A stretch of DNA of 64,000 bases from Candidatus Latescibacterota bacterium (GTDB taxonomy: Bacteria; Latescibacterota; UBA2968; UBA8231). The stretch lies in contig OZ220090.1 of assembly GCA_964291625.2 (NCBI GenBank), forward strand, positions 928,001 to 992,000. Direction: 5' to 3'. The position numbers and the translations under genes were made by a program. This document shows, piece after piece, positions 39,417 through 50,169 of the stretch. The notes beneath the pieces are model-generated. The model made no database searches. It was not told where the DNA came from and saw nothing but the letters and a program-made list of their open reading frames with translations. The first letter of the stretch is position 1. Each line of letters starts with the position of its first letter.

Positions 39417-40307
39417 TCAGCCGGCGGCGGAGCCGAGGCGTTCCGGCGCGCCGACCGGTCGGCCGGAGCGGCAGACGACCGGGAAATGGGGTCCCGCCCC
39501 GGCCATCGGGGCGCCGTCCGGCAGCTCGACGAACTGCTTCATCACGTGGTTGCCGCTGGCGTCGAAACGGGCCTCGCCGGTCATGTAGTGGATGGCGATC
39601 GCCCGCCTTGGACGCCCCGAGGTGTTGTGGGGGGAGCCGTGCCAGGTCAGGGAGTGGTGGAAGGAGATCTCCCCCCGACGCACCGGCCAGGCCCGCGGCC
39701 TCACCCGGGTCACGTCGGTGCCGTCGGGCGGCTCGAAGCCCTCGATGGCCGAGAAGTCGGCCAGGTCTTCCAGGTGGCGCTGGGTGCGCAGGAACCCCAT
39801 CTGGTTGCCCCACCGGTGGCTGCCGGGGACCATCCACATGCAGCCGTTCTCCTCGTCGGCGTCGTCCATGGGGATCCACGCCGAGACCGGGGTCATGGGC
39901 TTGATGATCGGCCACAGGGGCGCGTCCTGGTGCCAGTTGGTGGGGCCCCCCGCCGACGCCGGCTTGTACTGGATCTGGTCGTGCCACACCTGCAGGTCCC
40001 GCTGGCCGGTGAGCTGACTGACCGCCTTGACGACGAAAGGGTGGTAGATCAGCCGCTCGAAGGCCGGATGGGCCTCCCAGATGTTGACGATCTGCCACAC
40101 CGGCGACGGGCTCACGCCGCCGCCGCGGGACTTCATGTCGTGGAACAGCACCGGCCGCGGCCGGCCCTCGGCAAAGCCGTCGGGGCCGATCTCCAGGACC
40201 TCCTCCAGGCCGGCGGTGATCGCCTCGACCTCGCCATCCGGCAGGACCGGTCCGCTATTCAGGAAGCCGTCCTCGTGGAACCGCTGGATCTGTTCGGGAG
40301 TGAGCAT
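39417..40307 (-). CDS. Phytanoyl-CoA dioxygenase (PhyH) family protein
   Basis: MLTPEQIQRFHEDGF, WHQD, ENGCMWMVPGSH, HHSLTWHGS..RRA. Confidence 0.9.
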   Translation of the reverse strand: MLTPEQIQRFHEDGFLNSGPVLPDGEVEAITAGLEEVLEIGPDGFAEGRPRPVLFHDMKSRGGGVSPSPVWQIVNIWEAHPAFERLIYHPFVVKAVSQLTGQRDLQVWHDQIQYKPASAGGPTNWHQDAPLWPIIKPMTPVSAWIPMDDADEENGCMWMVPGSHRWGNQMGFLRTQRHLEDLADFSAIEGFEPPDGTDVTRVRPRAWPVRRGEISFHHSLTWHGSPHNTSGRPRRAIAIHYMTGEARFDASGNHVMKQFVELPDGAPMAGAGPHFPVVCRSGRPVGAPERLGSAAG

Positions 40308-40334
40308 CCGCCTCTTCGCCTCGGGTGGCGGGCA

Positions 40335-40363
40335 AGTGTACGCGCGCGGGATGGGATCTTCAA
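40335..40363 (-). promoter_or_regulatory. Sigma-70-type promoter candidate
   Basis: TTGAAG-N17-TACACT upstream of ATG 40307. Confidence 0.45.
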
Positions 40364-40495
40364 TCGCCGGGGCCGTCCCTTGAATCCCCCGGTGGCGCGG
40401 CCCTTCCTTCTCCTCGCTCGGGGACCGGAGCCGCGGGGCACCGCGGCCTGGACGGACGCCCCACTCTCTCAACCATTCCCGACGAAAGGCCTCCC

Positions 40496-42442
40496 GTGAC
40501 CGAATCGGACTGGCTCCGCTACCTGTTGCCCCTGCCCCGGCAGGTGAAGATCCCGGGCTCCGTGACCTGCTCTCGGAAGGCGGTCCGGGTGGCCGTCGCG
40601 GGACCCGCCGATGAGGTCCTGGACGAAGCCGCGGCTCTGCTCACCGAGGCGGTGGGCCACCGCTGCGAGGAGGAACCGCAACTGACGATCACCCTCGGCC
40701 GCGTCGCGGATCTCGACGCCGTGGAGGAGGACCGCCTGGCCGATGCCCGCCATCCCGGGCAGGCGTACGTGATCACCTGCCCCTCGGAGGCGGAGATCGT
40801 CGTCGCCGGGGGCTCCAGCGTGGGCGCCCTCTACGGCGCCGTCACCCTGGCCCAGCTGTTCGAGGCGTCGGCCGGGGCCGAGTCGCTCGAGGCGCCCCTC
40901 GCCGAGATCACCGACTGGCCGGAGATCGAGGAGCGCGGCGTCTGGAACTTCCCCGACGAGCAGAGCTGGGTCCCGTGGATGGCCGGCCTCAAGCTCAACT
41001 ACGGGAAGATGGCCGGCACCGGCCTGGGCCGGGTCGAGCGCGGCCGGCCGGTCTCGGCGGAGATCGACGCCGACCTCATGGTCCGGGCGCGGCGCCGGGG
41101 ATTCGCCTATGTCCCCATGATCTCGCACCTGAACTTCCTCCACGACACCGGGATCTACCGGGCGTACCCGGAGCTGGCCGGCCGGGGGGACGCCGCCCTG
41201 GCGGGGCGCTACTTCGCCCACAAGCTCGGCAACCAGCACCGGGCGCCCTGCGCCTCGCAGCCGGTCCTCGTCGACCTGCTGACCGGGTGGATGCTCTCCA
41301 TCTGCGAGCAGGGGGCGGGCGAGATCAGCTGCTGGCTGAGCGAGCGCCCCTGCCAGTGCGAGTGCGAGCGCTGCACCCCCGTGGGCCAGTTCGTGCTGGA
41401 GACCCGTGCTTTCCTCGAAGCCTGGGAGCGCGCCCGCCGGGACTACCCGGGCCTGGTGATCCGCATCTTCTCCTCCACCACCACCCCGGAGCAGGACGAG
41501 CGCGTCCTGGCGGAGATGCCCGGGGAGGTCCGCTTCGAGCGCGCCTGCGCCACGGCCATGGAGCGCTGGCGCAGCCTGCGGCGGGACCGCTTCGCCAACC
41601 CCTGCCTCGACGAGGCCGCCGCCGCCGGCCGCTGGATCGCCAGCTACGACGTGCCCCTGCAGGCCTACGGCAACGTCGACACGCCGGAGTTCAAGGTGCC
41701 CCAGTTCTCGGCCCAGCGGGTGCGGGACTTCGTCGAGCAGCTGGCGCGGCGGGGGTACGCCGGCGCCTACGGCATGATGGCCTGGGGCAACATCACCCGC
41801 GAAACCAGCGGCTTCTCGGTCTCCGCCCTCGCCGAGTACGCCTGGAACCCCGGGGGGCGCACCGTCGGCGAGTTCGCCGAGGCCTGGGCCACCCGCGAGG
41901 GCCTGTCGGACCCGGCCGCCGTCGGCGCCTGGGCGGAACTCCTGGGAGAGGTCGAGTTCGACGTGTACGACTCCGACTTCCCCATGTGCTGGTCGTGGGG
42001 CCACGCCGCGGCCATGGTGGAGGAGGGGCGGGCGCCGCGCTTCGGCGACGGCATGTTCCGCCACTTTTCCGGCGAGGAGGACTTCGAGGCGAAGCTGGAG
42101 AGTTGCCGCAGGGCGGCGGAGCTGGTGAAGGGGCTGGAGCGGGAGGACCTGGCCCTGGCCGCCGAGGTGGTGGGGTCGTACGTGGCGCTGATCCGCGCCG
42201 TGTGGAGGACCGCCCACGAAATGGCCCACGCCGACCGGACCTCGGAGGCCGGTCAGCGCGGGCTCATGAACCGCGTGGAAGAGCTGGAGGAGGCCGGGAA
42301 GGCCAACGTCGAGGCCATCCGGGCCTGGCGCTCACACCTGGGGCCGGAGCCGTGGAACCAGCGCGTCCACGACGCCATCGCCGGCACCCGCGACACGGTG
42401 GAGCGCATCGCCCGCCACGTGCGCGACCGCTACATCTACTGA
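40496..42442 (+). CDS. Protein with N-terminal GH20 domain-2 (zincin-like) fold, putative glycoside hydrolase
   Basis: LLPLPRQV, QAYVI, GALYGAVTLAQL, EITDWPEIEERG; CQCECERC motif; AEYAWNP. Confidence 0.7.
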   Translation: MTESDWLRYLLPLPRQVKIPGSVTCSRKAVRVAVAGPADEVLDEAAALLTEAVGHRCEEEPQLTITLGRVADLDAVEEDRLADARHPGQAYVITCPSEAEIVVAGGSSVGALYGAVTLAQLFEASAGAESLEAPLAEITDWPEIEERGVWNFPDEQSWVPWMAGLKLNYGKMAGTGLGRVERGRPVSAEIDADLMVRARRRGFAYVPMISHLNFLHDTGIYRAYPELAGRGDAALAGRYFAHKLGNQHRAPCASQPVLVDLLTGWMLSICEQGAGEISCWLSERPCQCECERCTPVGQFVLETRAFLEAWERARRDYPGLVIRIFSSTTTPEQDERVLAEMPGEVRFERACATAMERWRSLRRDRFANPCLDEAAAAGRWIASYDVPLQAYGNVDTPEFKVPQFSAQRVRDFVEQLARRGYAGAYGMMAWGNITRETSGFSVSALAEYAWNPGGRTVGEFAEAWATREGLSDPAAVGAWAELLGEVEFDVYDSDFPMCWSWGHAAAMVEEGRAPRFGDGMFRHFSGEEDFEAKLESCRRAAELVKGLEREDLALAAEVVGSYVALIRAVWRTAHEMAHADRTSEAGQRGLMNRVEELEEAGKANVEAIRAWRSHLGPEPWNQRVHDAIAGTRDTVERIARHVRDRYIY

Positions 42443-42465
42443 GAGCGGCGGCGGCGGACGGCCGG

Positions 42466-42903
42466 TCAGCCGGTGACGGCGGCGTGCATCTCCGTCCAGT
42501 CGTCCAGGTTGTTGAGGTTCACCGCGTCGAGGATCGAGCCGTCGTCGGCGACCCCGGCGGCCGACAGGATCGAGCCCCGGGTATCGTCGTCGTGGTCATA
42601 CCCGCGGATGGCGGCGTTGGAGGCGTCGATCTCGTCCTGGGGGATGCTGCCGCCCCGCTGCTGCACCACCCAGGCCTCGAACTGGGCATAGGTGGGCAGG
42701 TTGGACTTGATGTAGCCCACGGCCGAGTCGCGGTCGATGCCGAGCCCGTCGAGGACCATCTGGTCGAAGCCCTGGCCGCACTCGTCGTACCCGTCCTCGA
42801 GCTGGCCTCGGGCGCTCAGCAGCACCTTCGACCACAGCCTCGGCAGGTGGATCGCTCCGAGGGGGCCGGCCAGGTCCGAGCTGATCAGTGGAATCGTACC
42901 CAT
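42466..42903 (-). CDS. DUF5069-like protein
   Basis: GPLGAIHLPRLWSK, GFDQMVLDGLGID, NNLDDW; GGAGG RBS. Confidence 0.7.
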   Translation of the reverse strand: MGTIPLISSDLAGPLGAIHLPRLWSKVLLSARGQLEDGYDECGQGFDQMVLDGLGIDRDSAVGYIKSNLPTYAQFEAWVVQQRGGSIPQDEIDASNAAIRGYDHDDDTRGSILSAAGVADDGSILDAVNLNNLDDWTEMHAAVTG

Positions 42904-42967
42904 TGTCGTTCCTCCGTGTGAGTGGGGGCGGAGATATAGGGCGGCCCCGTTTCGGGCGTCAAGCGGG

Positions 42968-42996
42968 TTGCCGGCCCTGTGCCGGCCGGCTATGCT
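42968..42996 (+). promoter_or_regulatory. Sigma-70-type promoter candidate for the uxuA-like gene
   Basis: TTGCCG-N17-TATGCT upstream of ATG 43039. Confidence 0.4.
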
Positions 42997-43038
42997 GCAC
43001 GGCCACCGGATACCGAACCCGACACCAGGAGCGCGGAG

Positions 43039-44019
43039 ATGCACGTCGGCACCCAGCAGTTCAGCACCAGCGATCACGACCTGGAGTTCCTCGCCCGCCA
43101 CGGCGTGACCGCCAAGAACGAGAACAACATCACCTTCCATCGCGAGTACGGGTGGGACGTGAAGGAGCTGATCGAGAAGAAGGAGAGGTGCGAGCGCTTC
43201 GGCGTCGACATGGAGATGGTGGCGATCCCCGTCCACTCCCTCGGCGTCGACGGGTGCAGCACCCCCCACTACATGCGCGGCCGCTACGACGAGGGCGACA
43301 AGGAGATCGAGCTGGTCTGCAACATGATCCGCCAGGCTTCCGAGGCCTGCATCCCGGCGGTGAAGTACTTCCTGTGCGAGATGGAGAACCAGCGCACCGA
43401 GTCGGTCCCCCTCGGGCGGGGCAACTCGCGCTACAGCACCTGGGACCTGGAGAAGGCCGACGACTCGCCGCGCTACGACGAGCCGCTCACGGCGGAGCAG
43501 AACTGGGAGCGCATCACCTACTACCTGGAGCGGGTCGTGCCGGTGGCCGAGGAGTGCAAGGTGCGCATGGCCTGCCACCCCTGCGACCCGTGGCTGCCGC
43601 CGGGCTTCAAGGGCGTCGACCGCGTCCTCGGCGGCCCCGAGGGCTTCCGGCGCTTCATCACCATCTGCGAGAGCGACTACCACGGCGTCAACCTCTGCCT
43701 GGGCTGCATGGCCGAGGCCTCCACCGACCCGCGCAACGAGGTGCCCGAGATCATCCGCTACTTCGGGTCGCGCAACAAGATCTTCCTCTGCCACTTCCGC
43801 AACATCGTCGGCGGCCGCAACAAGTTCCAGGAGGTGTGGCCGGACGAGGGCGTCATGAGCATGCACCGCAACATCCGCGCCCTGCAGGAGGTCGGCTACC
43901 CGCACATGGTCGTGCCCGACCACGCCCCCGGCCATCCCGACTCCGACGCCTACCAGGCCTGGGCATACGAGTTCGGCTACATCCAGGCCATGATCCAGTC
44001 GGTGACCGACGAGGACTGA
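43039..44019 (+). CDS. uxuA: Mannonate dehydratase (UxuA) family protein
   Basis: YYLERVVPVAEE, ACHPCDP, HFRNI, PDEG, VPDHAP, FGYIQAM; divergent family member. Confidence 0.75.
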   Translation: MHVGTQQFSTSDHDLEFLARHGVTAKNENNITFHREYGWDVKELIEKKERCERFGVDMEMVAIPVHSLGVDGCSTPHYMRGRYDEGDKEIELVCNMIRQASEACIPAVKYFLCEMENQRTESVPLGRGNSRYSTWDLEKADDSPRYDEPLTAEQNWERITYYLERVVPVAEECKVRMACHPCDPWLPPGFKGVDRVLGGPEGFRRFITICESDYHGVNLCLGCMAEASTDPRNEVPEIIRYFGSRNKIFLCHFRNIVGGRNKFQEVWPDEGVMSMHRNIRALQEVGYPHMVVPDHAPGHPDSDAYQAWAYEFGYIQAMIQSVTDED

Positions 44020-44040
44020 GCGCCCCGGGAGGCGCCGCTG

Positions 44041-46575
44041 CTACAGGGCGGCGGCCCTCCTCATCAGCTCGGCGCGGGCCTCGCCGAAGAGGGCGATCAG
44101 CCGCGCCCGCACGTCCTCGCCGCCGAAGACGCCGATGCGCTCGGCCCAGGCGGTGCCGCCCTCCATGTGGGTGAGCAGGTACTCGCCGTCGGCCTCCTCG
44201 TAGGCGGCCCTGCGGCCGACGTCGACGTAGACCGGCGACGAGTGGGCCATCACCGGGCCGGCGTCGGTGAAGTGCGGCCCCCAGCAGCGCGCCGCGATCC
44301 AGCAGGGGTGGCCGCACTCGATCTCCGTCTCGAGGGTGATCGCGCGCTCGCCCTCGTCCGCCGTCTCCCGCTCCCGGGGGACACCGTTGACCACCAGCTC
44401 CACCGCCGTCAGGGGCCAGACGCTCCAGGCCCGGGCCTCCACCTCCACGGTGCCGCCGTTGCCGGGCAGGTCGAGCTGGCCGCCCATGGGCACGCCGTCG
44501 ACGCGCAGGTCGATCATGGCGCCGGTGCTGGCGAAGGTCTGGCCCGAGCGCACCGCCCGGCACCAGTTGTCGAAGGTGAACTCCCGGCCCTCGGGGATCC
44601 GGGCATAGGTCCGCGAGCCCCCGAGGATGCGGCCGTTGGACATCTTGTCGGTGCCGCCGACGATGGGCAGCTTCTGGCCCACGTTCAGCCAGCGGTAGTA
44701 GCCGCGCTCGCCCTGGCCGATCTCCTCCCCCTCCCAGATCCAGCACATCTCCGCCGCATCCGCCTGGCCGAGGACGATGTTGGCGGCGTTCTCGAAGTCG
44801 GGCACCGGCATGTGGGGCATGATCACCAGGCCCCCCTGGGCGCGGCACTGCTCGGCCCAGTCCGCCATCAGGGCCTGGACCTCGCCGCCGACCCAGTCCT
44901 CCTGGGGGCCGCCCGTGCACATGGGGGCCACCAGCTCCCGCAGGCCCAGCAGGCTGATGTGGCCGAGGACGTGCTGGCGGTTCTCCTGGCTCACGTAGAC
45001 GAGGTGGTTCTCCGTCGACGTGGGGGCCACGCCGCCTGTGAACTCCTCCCAGCTGGTGAACAGCCGCCCCCACTGGCTGGCCAGCAGGTGGACCACGTTC
45101 AGGTCCTCCCCCTCCGCTTCGAGCGTGCTCGACTGGGAGGAGAGGAAGTGGACGTGGGTGTCCCCGGAGTAGAAGCCCTCGGCCTTCATGTCGAAGGCGC
45201 GCTCCACGGACAGGGTCAGGTGCCGCTGTCCCGGCTTGATCTCCACCTGGCGGCGGGCCGGCTCGTACTCGAAGCCGCGCACCACCTCGACGAAGCTGGC
45301 CCCCACGGGCAGCTCGATCTGGCAGGTGCCGTCGATGTAGGCGTACGGGGTGCCGCCGGTCTTGCAGTCGCCCCCCATGTCCTCGAACCAGGCGATGTTG
45401 ACGTCGGCCTGGTGGCCGTGGGGAGCGAGGTAGACCCCCTCCTTCGAGCGGAAGTGGACGCGGCAGCCCACCGGGTCTCCGGTGTCGGCGTCGACGACGC
45501 GCACGTGCACCCACTGCCGGCCCCCGCCGTCCACCACCTGGACGCGCACCGGTCCGGACTCGGCCTCGCCCCGCTCCAGGACCTCGCCCCAGCGGAAGCC
45601 GGCGCCGGCCTCCCCCGAGGTCACCTCCAGGTTGGCCAGGGGCGAGCCGTGGACCTCCACCTGCCCTCCCGCCACGACCTGCTGTCCGCCGCGGCCCCAG
45701 CCGGCCTCGTCCGTGGTCAGGAAGTCGCCGCCGGGGACGAAGAGGTCGTCCTGGCGCGCGACCACCCCCCGGTCGACGCCGATCTCCGGGGCCTCCCCGC
45801 CGCCCTCCACGGTCACCGCCACGGTGCGCCGCCGCTCCCAGTGGAAGGGGTCCTCCTCCTCGTGGCAGAGGGTGATTCCGCCCAGGACCAGCGGCGTCGG
45901 TGTCGCCGCCTCGAGGACGACCTCGGCGATCTCCGTCTCCGGACGGTCCACGGCCAGGTCGAAGAGCCACCAGCCGGTCAGGTCGCCGCCCATGGCGCCC
46001 GGCCCGCCGGCGGGACGGCCGTCGGCCCGGTCGTAGCGCGAGTACACGCCCACCTGGGCGCCGCCGTACCCGAGGGCCGGCTCGTGGAGGCTGGTGGAGT
46101 CGAAGTGGCGGCAGTTGCGGCAGAGGAAGGGATGGTGTCCCCAGGGCGCGTTGATGTCGTGGATCTCCCAGCGCCGGCGCAGGGGCTGCGACTTCTCGGA
46201 ACCGTCGGCGAAGCGGACCACGTAGCGGCCGAGGTCCTCGCCGGCCCCCTCGAGGGTAGCCCACTCCCCGTCGGCGGTGGCGCAGAGGTGGGCGAAGAGC
46301 AGGCGGCGGGCCCGGGCGCCCACGGGGATGGTGACGCTCGACACGGTGCCCTCCCCGGCCGCGGCGGCGACCACGAAGCGCCGGTCCGCGGCCTCTCCCG
46401 CCAGGTGGAAGGGGACGCCGAGGAAGAGGCACTCCCCCGCCGGCAGGCCGTCCAGGGCCGTCTCGTGGGGGTCGGCCCCGTGGGGCCACATCCAGCGGCC
46501 GCCGCCGAGATCGACGTTGCGCGTTCCGGCGTTGCAGAGGCTGGTCAGGTCCAGGGGCTGGAAGGAATCGTTCAT
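44041..46575 (-). CDS. CehA/McbA family PHP-like metallohydrolase
   Basis: YSGDTHVHF, QENRQHVLGHI, YYRWLNVG..GGTD, SRTYA, AHSSPVYV. Confidence 0.8.
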   Translation of the reverse strand: MNDSFQPLDLTSLCNAGTRNVDLGGGRWMWPHGADPHETALDGLPAGECLFLGVPFHLAGEAADRRFVVAAAAGEGTVSSVTIPVGARARRLLFAHLCATADGEWATLEGAGEDLGRYVVRFADGSEKSQPLRRRWEIHDINAPWGHHPFLCRNCRHFDSTSLHEPALGYGGAQVGVYSRYDRADGRPAGGPGAMGGDLTGWWLFDLAVDRPETEIAEVVLEAATPTPLVLGGITLCHEEEDPFHWERRRTVAVTVEGGGEAPEIGVDRGVVARQDDLFVPGGDFLTTDEAGWGRGGQQVVAGGQVEVHGSPLANLEVTSGEAGAGFRWGEVLERGEAESGPVRVQVVDGGGRQWVHVRVVDADTGDPVGCRVHFRSKEGVYLAPHGHQADVNIAWFEDMGGDCKTGGTPYAYIDGTCQIELPVGASFVEVVRGFEYEPARRQVEIKPGQRHLTLSVERAFDMKAEGFYSGDTHVHFLSSQSSTLEAEGEDLNVVHLLASQWGRLFTSWEEFTGGVAPTSTENHLVYVSQENRQHVLGHISLLGLRELVAPMCTGGPQEDWVGGEVQALMADWAEQCRAQGGLVIMPHMPVPDFENAANIVLGQADAAEMCWIWEGEEIGQGERGYYRWLNVGQKLPIVGGTDKMSNGRILGGSRTYARIPEGREFTFDNWCRAVRSGQTFASTGAMIDLRVDGVPMGGQLDLPGNGGTVEVEARAWSVWPLTAVELVVNGVPRERETADEGERAITLETEIECGHPCWIAARCWGPHFTDAGPVMAHSSPVYVDVGRRAAYEEADGEYLLTHMEGGTAWAERIGVFGGEDVRARLIALFGEARAELMRRAAAL

Positions 46576-47553
46576 CCGTCTCCTCCGCCGGCGAGCACGC
46601 CGGCATAGTAGTCAAGGGGAAGGTTGCCGCCGCTGAGGACGCCCACGACCCGCTTCCCCGCCAGGCGCTCCCCCAGCCGGGCCGCCGCCGCCAGGGGCGC
46701 CGCCGCCGCGCCCTCGGCCACGAGCCGGGCGTCGCGGGCGTACCAGCGGATCGCCGCCTCGATCTCCGCGTCGTCCACGAGGACGAGGTCGTCGAGGTGG
46801 CGCCAGAGGATCTGCAGCGGCATCTCGAAGGGCACGCGCGTGGCCAGGCCCTCGTGGGCGGTCCCCATCTCCGCCTCCACGTCGAGGCGGCGCTGGGTCC
46901 AGGCCCGCCAGACCGCCGGAGCCGCCGAGGACTGCACGCCGATGACCTCGATCTCCGGGTTCCGGGCCTTGGCGACCAGGCAGGTCCCGGCGGCGCCGCT
47001 GCCGCCGCCCACCGGCACCAGGATCACCTCCGTGTAGGGGGCGGCCTCGAGGATCTCCACGGCCATGGTGCCGGCCCCGGAGATCAGCTCGGGCTCGTTG
47101 GCCGAATGCACGTAGCGGCGCCCCTCCCGCCGGGCCACCTCCTCCACCTCGACCCTCGCCTCGTCGAAGTCGCGGCCGTGGCGGCGCACCTCGGCCCCCA
47201 GCCGCTCCATGGCCTCCAGCTTGGCGGGGTTGGCGCCCTCGGCCGGGGCGTAGATCACCACCGAGGCGCCGAAGCGGGTGCCGGCCCAGGCCATGGCCTG
47301 GCCGTGGTTGCCGGTACTGGCGCTGATCAGGCCGCGGGACTCGCTCCTCCTGGGACAGGTGGCCCACCACGTTGAGGGCGCCGCGCACCTTGAAGGCGCC
47401 CACGGGCTGGAAGCTCTCGCACTTGACGCGGTAGTCGCAGCCGAGCCGCTTCGAGAGGGTTTCGCTGCGCACCAGGGGCGTGGGCGCCAGATGCCGGGCG
47501 ATGAAGGCCCGGGCCGCGTCGACGTCGGCCGCCGTGGGAGGAGGCCGGGTCAT
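46572..47553 (-). CDS. Threonine/serine dehydratase family PLP enzyme (apparent frameshift ~47345)
   Basis: KCESFQPVGAFKVRGA, SASTGNHGQ, VPVGGGSG, LSGGN, split over ORFs 46612-47553 and 46572-47294. Confidence 0.82.
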
Positions 47554-48329
47554 GGCCGGTGCTCCCGCACGGCGGCCAGGGCTTCGCCCAGGTGGCGGCG
47601 GTAGAGGTCGAGGTCGAGGCCGACGGCGAGGATGCGGTAGCCCTTGTCGAGCAGCTCCCGCGCCTCCTCGGCGGTGGCGGCGAGGCGGCCCAGGGCCTTG
47701 CCCTCGGCCTCGCAGGCGCGGCGCACCTCGTCCTCGGCGGCGAGGTAGTCGGGGTGGTCGAAGAGGCCCGGGCGGCCGCTGAAGTTGGCCAGGTCGAACT
47801 GGCCGATCCAGAGGACGTCGATCCCCTTGACGGCGGCGATCTCCGGGGCGTTGCGGACCCCCCAGGGGCTCTCGATCTGGGCGATGACCAGGGTGCGCTC
47901 GTTGGCCTGGCGCATCTTCTCCTCCAGCGGCTCGCCGGTGCGGTAGTCGTCGTGGGCGACTCCGAAGGCGGCTCCCCGGCGCCCGGTCAGGGGATAGCGG
48001 CAGAACCCGGCCAGGCTCCGGGCCTGGTCGGCGTCGTCGATCATCGGCGCCATGACCCCGAGGGCGCCGGCGTCGAGGACCCGCGCCGCGAAGTGGTACT
48101 CGGCGGTCGGGATGCGCACCAGGGGCACGGCGCCGGTGCAGCCGCAGGTGGCGACGAGGCCGCGGATCGTCTCCATCGACCAGGCCGTGTGCTCCATGTC
48201 GAAGAGGACGAACTCGGCGCCGGCGTTGTCGGCGAGGCGGGCCACGCCGGTGGTCCCGAACTCCATCACCATGGTGCCGAAGGACCGGCCGCCCTCCTGG
48301 AGGCGGCGCTTGACGGGGTTCTCTCTCAT
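47550..48329 (-). CDS. HpcH/HpaI aldolase family protein
   Basis: DMEH, LVRIP, LDAGALG, GRRG, AQIES, IGQFDL. Confidence 0.9.
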   Translation of the reverse strand: MRENPVKRRLQEGGRSFGTMVMEFGTTGVARLADNAGAEFVLFDMEHTAWSMETIRGLVATCGCTGAVPLVRIPTAEYHFAARVLDAGALGVMAPMIDDADQARSLAGFCRYPLTGRRGAAFGVAHDDYRTGEPLEEKMRQANERTLVIAQIESPWGVRNAPEIAAVKGIDVLWIGQFDLANFSGRPGLFDHPDYLAAEDEVRRACEAEGKALGRLAATAEEARELLDKGYRILAVGLDLDLYRRHLGEALAAVREHRP

Positions 48330-49378
48330 CCCTCCCTCCTGCGGCAGGCGCAGGCCGCCAGCTTCGAACGGAAGCTCTCCGTCTCCAGCACCTCGCCGTT
48401 GACCACGTGGCCCGGGGCGCGCCCCTCGGAGACGGCGAGGATCCCGGCGAAGGCGCTCTCCCCCATGAGGCGGAAGCTCTCGTCCGTCCAGGCCAAGGCG
48501 TGGGGCGCCACGATCACGTTGTCCAGCCCGAGGATCGGGTCTCGCCGGATCGACGGGCTCCTCCTCGAAGACGTCGAGTAGCGGCGCCGGCGATGGCGCC
48601 TTCCCGCAGGGCCGCGGTCAGGGCCGCCTGATCGACGATCGGTCCGCGGGCGACGTTGATCAGGTGGGCCGTCGGCTTCATCCGGCTCCAGCTCCGCGGG
48701 GCCGATCAGATGGCGCGTCTCCTCGAAGTCAGGGTGCAGCAGATCAGGACGAAGTCCGCCCCGGCGAGCAGGTCCGGCAGCGATACCAGCCGCGCTCCCA
48801 GTCCCGGCGACGGTCTCCTCGGCGACGGCGGGATCGGCGGCCAGCAGGTCCATCTCGAAGGGCGCGCACAGGCGGCAGACCTCGCGGCCGATGTTGCCGA
48901 GACCCACCACGCCGAGGGTGCGCCCCCGCAGGCCGAGGCCCATGTGGTCGATCCTCTCCCCCCAGCGCCCCTCCCGCGTCAGCCGGTCCTTGGCCGGCAG
49001 CCGGTGGGCGAGGGCCAGGAGGAAGGCCATGGCGGCGCTGGCCACCGGCCGCCGCACCCCGTCGGGGGTGATCGTCAGGGCCGCCGCCGCCCGCGTGCAG
49101 GCGTCCACGTCCACCGAGTCGTAACCGACGCCGATGCGGGCCACCAGCGCCAGGCGGCCGGCGTCCTCCAGGGTGGCGGCCGAGATCCGCGGCCCCAGGA
49201 CGAGCAGGGCGTCGCAGTCGGCGGCGGCCTCGGGCGGGACCTCGTCGGCGCCCGTCTCCAGGCAGTGCCACTCTACGCCCGCGGCCCGGTCGAGGGGACC
49301 CAGGTCGATGTCGGGAAAGGCCTGGCGGCCGTCGGGCCGCAGGAAGTCGACGGTGAGGCCGACGCGGAACATCCTCAT
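48326..49378 (-). CDS. D-isomer-specific 2-hydroxyacid dehydrogenase (several compensating indels ~48540-48800)
   Basis: RIGVGYD, GVVGLGNIG, INVARG in a shifted frame, NVIVAPH. Confidence 0.82.
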   Translation of the reverse strand: MRMFRVGLTVDFLRPDGRQAFPDIDLGPLDRAAGVEWHCLETGADEVPPEAAADCDALLVLGPRISAATLEDAGRLALVARIGVGYDSVDVDACTRAAAALTITPDGVRRPVASAAMAFLLALAHRLPAKDRLTREGRWGERIDHMGLGLRGRTLGVVGLGNIGREVCRLCAPFEMDLLAADPAVAEETVAGTGSAAGIAAGPARRGGLRPDLLHPDFEETRHLIGPAELEPDEADGPPDQRRPRTDRRSGGPDRGPAGRRHRRRRYSTSSRRSPSIRRDPILGLDNVIVAPHALAWTDESFRLMGESAFAGILAVSEGRAPGHVVNGEVLETESFRSKLAACACRRREG

Positions 49379-50169
49379 CCTCCTCCGGAGCGGATCCGGG
49401 CCTCGGCCTCGCTTAGAGCCGCGGGGTTGTCCCAGGCGGCGATCAGATCCGCCCGGGCCTGCTCGGTCGCGCCGCCCAGGCTCCCGCCCGCGGCGATCCG
49501 AGCCGCGCGGGCCTGCCCGGTTTCTCCGCCAAGTCGCTCGGTCTCCGCGATCAGGGCGGGCAGGGCGCGGACGACGTTGTCGACGATGGTCACGGTGGCG
49601 GCGCGGGCCGTGCGCGACAGCGGGTTCAGGTCGACGGTCAGGACCTGCCGCCCCATGCGGCGCAGGGCCTCGCAGCGGTCGCCGTCCTCGAGGGGGACGA
49701 AGATCACGTCCGCCCGCAGGAGTCCCTCGGGGTGGACGTAGCGGCGGTTCGAGTCCAGCCCCTCCAGGGCCGTCCCGGCCTCGGGGAGCAGGACCCGGTC
49801 GGCGCCATGGTCCTCCAGGTGGGCGGCGACGGCGCCCTCGCGCTCGCGGGAGCCGTGGAAGATGTTGACCTCCAGGGGCGCCCCGGTGATCCGCGAGAGC
49901 CGCACCAGCTCGCCGGGGACCAGGGCGGCGGCGTTGCCGTTCACCGAGAGCACCGGATGTTCGGCGGCCAGCAGCCAGGCCGCCGCCGCCTCGCAGGCGC
50001 GCAGGGCCCAGGGACCGCTCTCCTCCCCCAGCAGATAGTCGTAGGCCTCGCCGCGGCCGTGGGCGATCAGCCCGTGGGGCGAGGTGATCCCCGCCTCGAC
50101 GCCGGCCACGATCAGGTCCCGCGTCAGCAGGGAGGCGCGGCGCGGATGGCTGTCGGGGACGTCGGTCAC
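49375..50169 (-). CDS. pps: Archaeal-type 4-phosphopantoate--beta-alanine ligase (phosphopantothenate synthetase, COG1701)
   Basis: SHPRRASL, GLIAHGRGEAYDYLLGE, SVNGN, EVNIFH, VPLEDGDR, DLNPLSRT; GTG 50169 overlaps the upstream TGA. Confidence 0.9.
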   Translation of the reverse strand: MTDVPDSHPRRASLLTRDLIVAGVEAGITSPHGLIAHGRGEAYDYLLGEESGPWALRACEAAAAWLLAAEHPVLSVNGNAAALVPGELVRLSRITGAPLEVNIFHGSREREGAVAAHLEDHGADRVLLPEAGTALEGLDSNRRYVHPEGLLRADVIFVPLEDGDRCEALRRMGRQVLTVDLNPLSRTARAATVTIVDNVVRALPALIAETERLGGETGQARAARIAAGGSLGGATEQARADLIAAWDNPAALSEAEARIRSGGG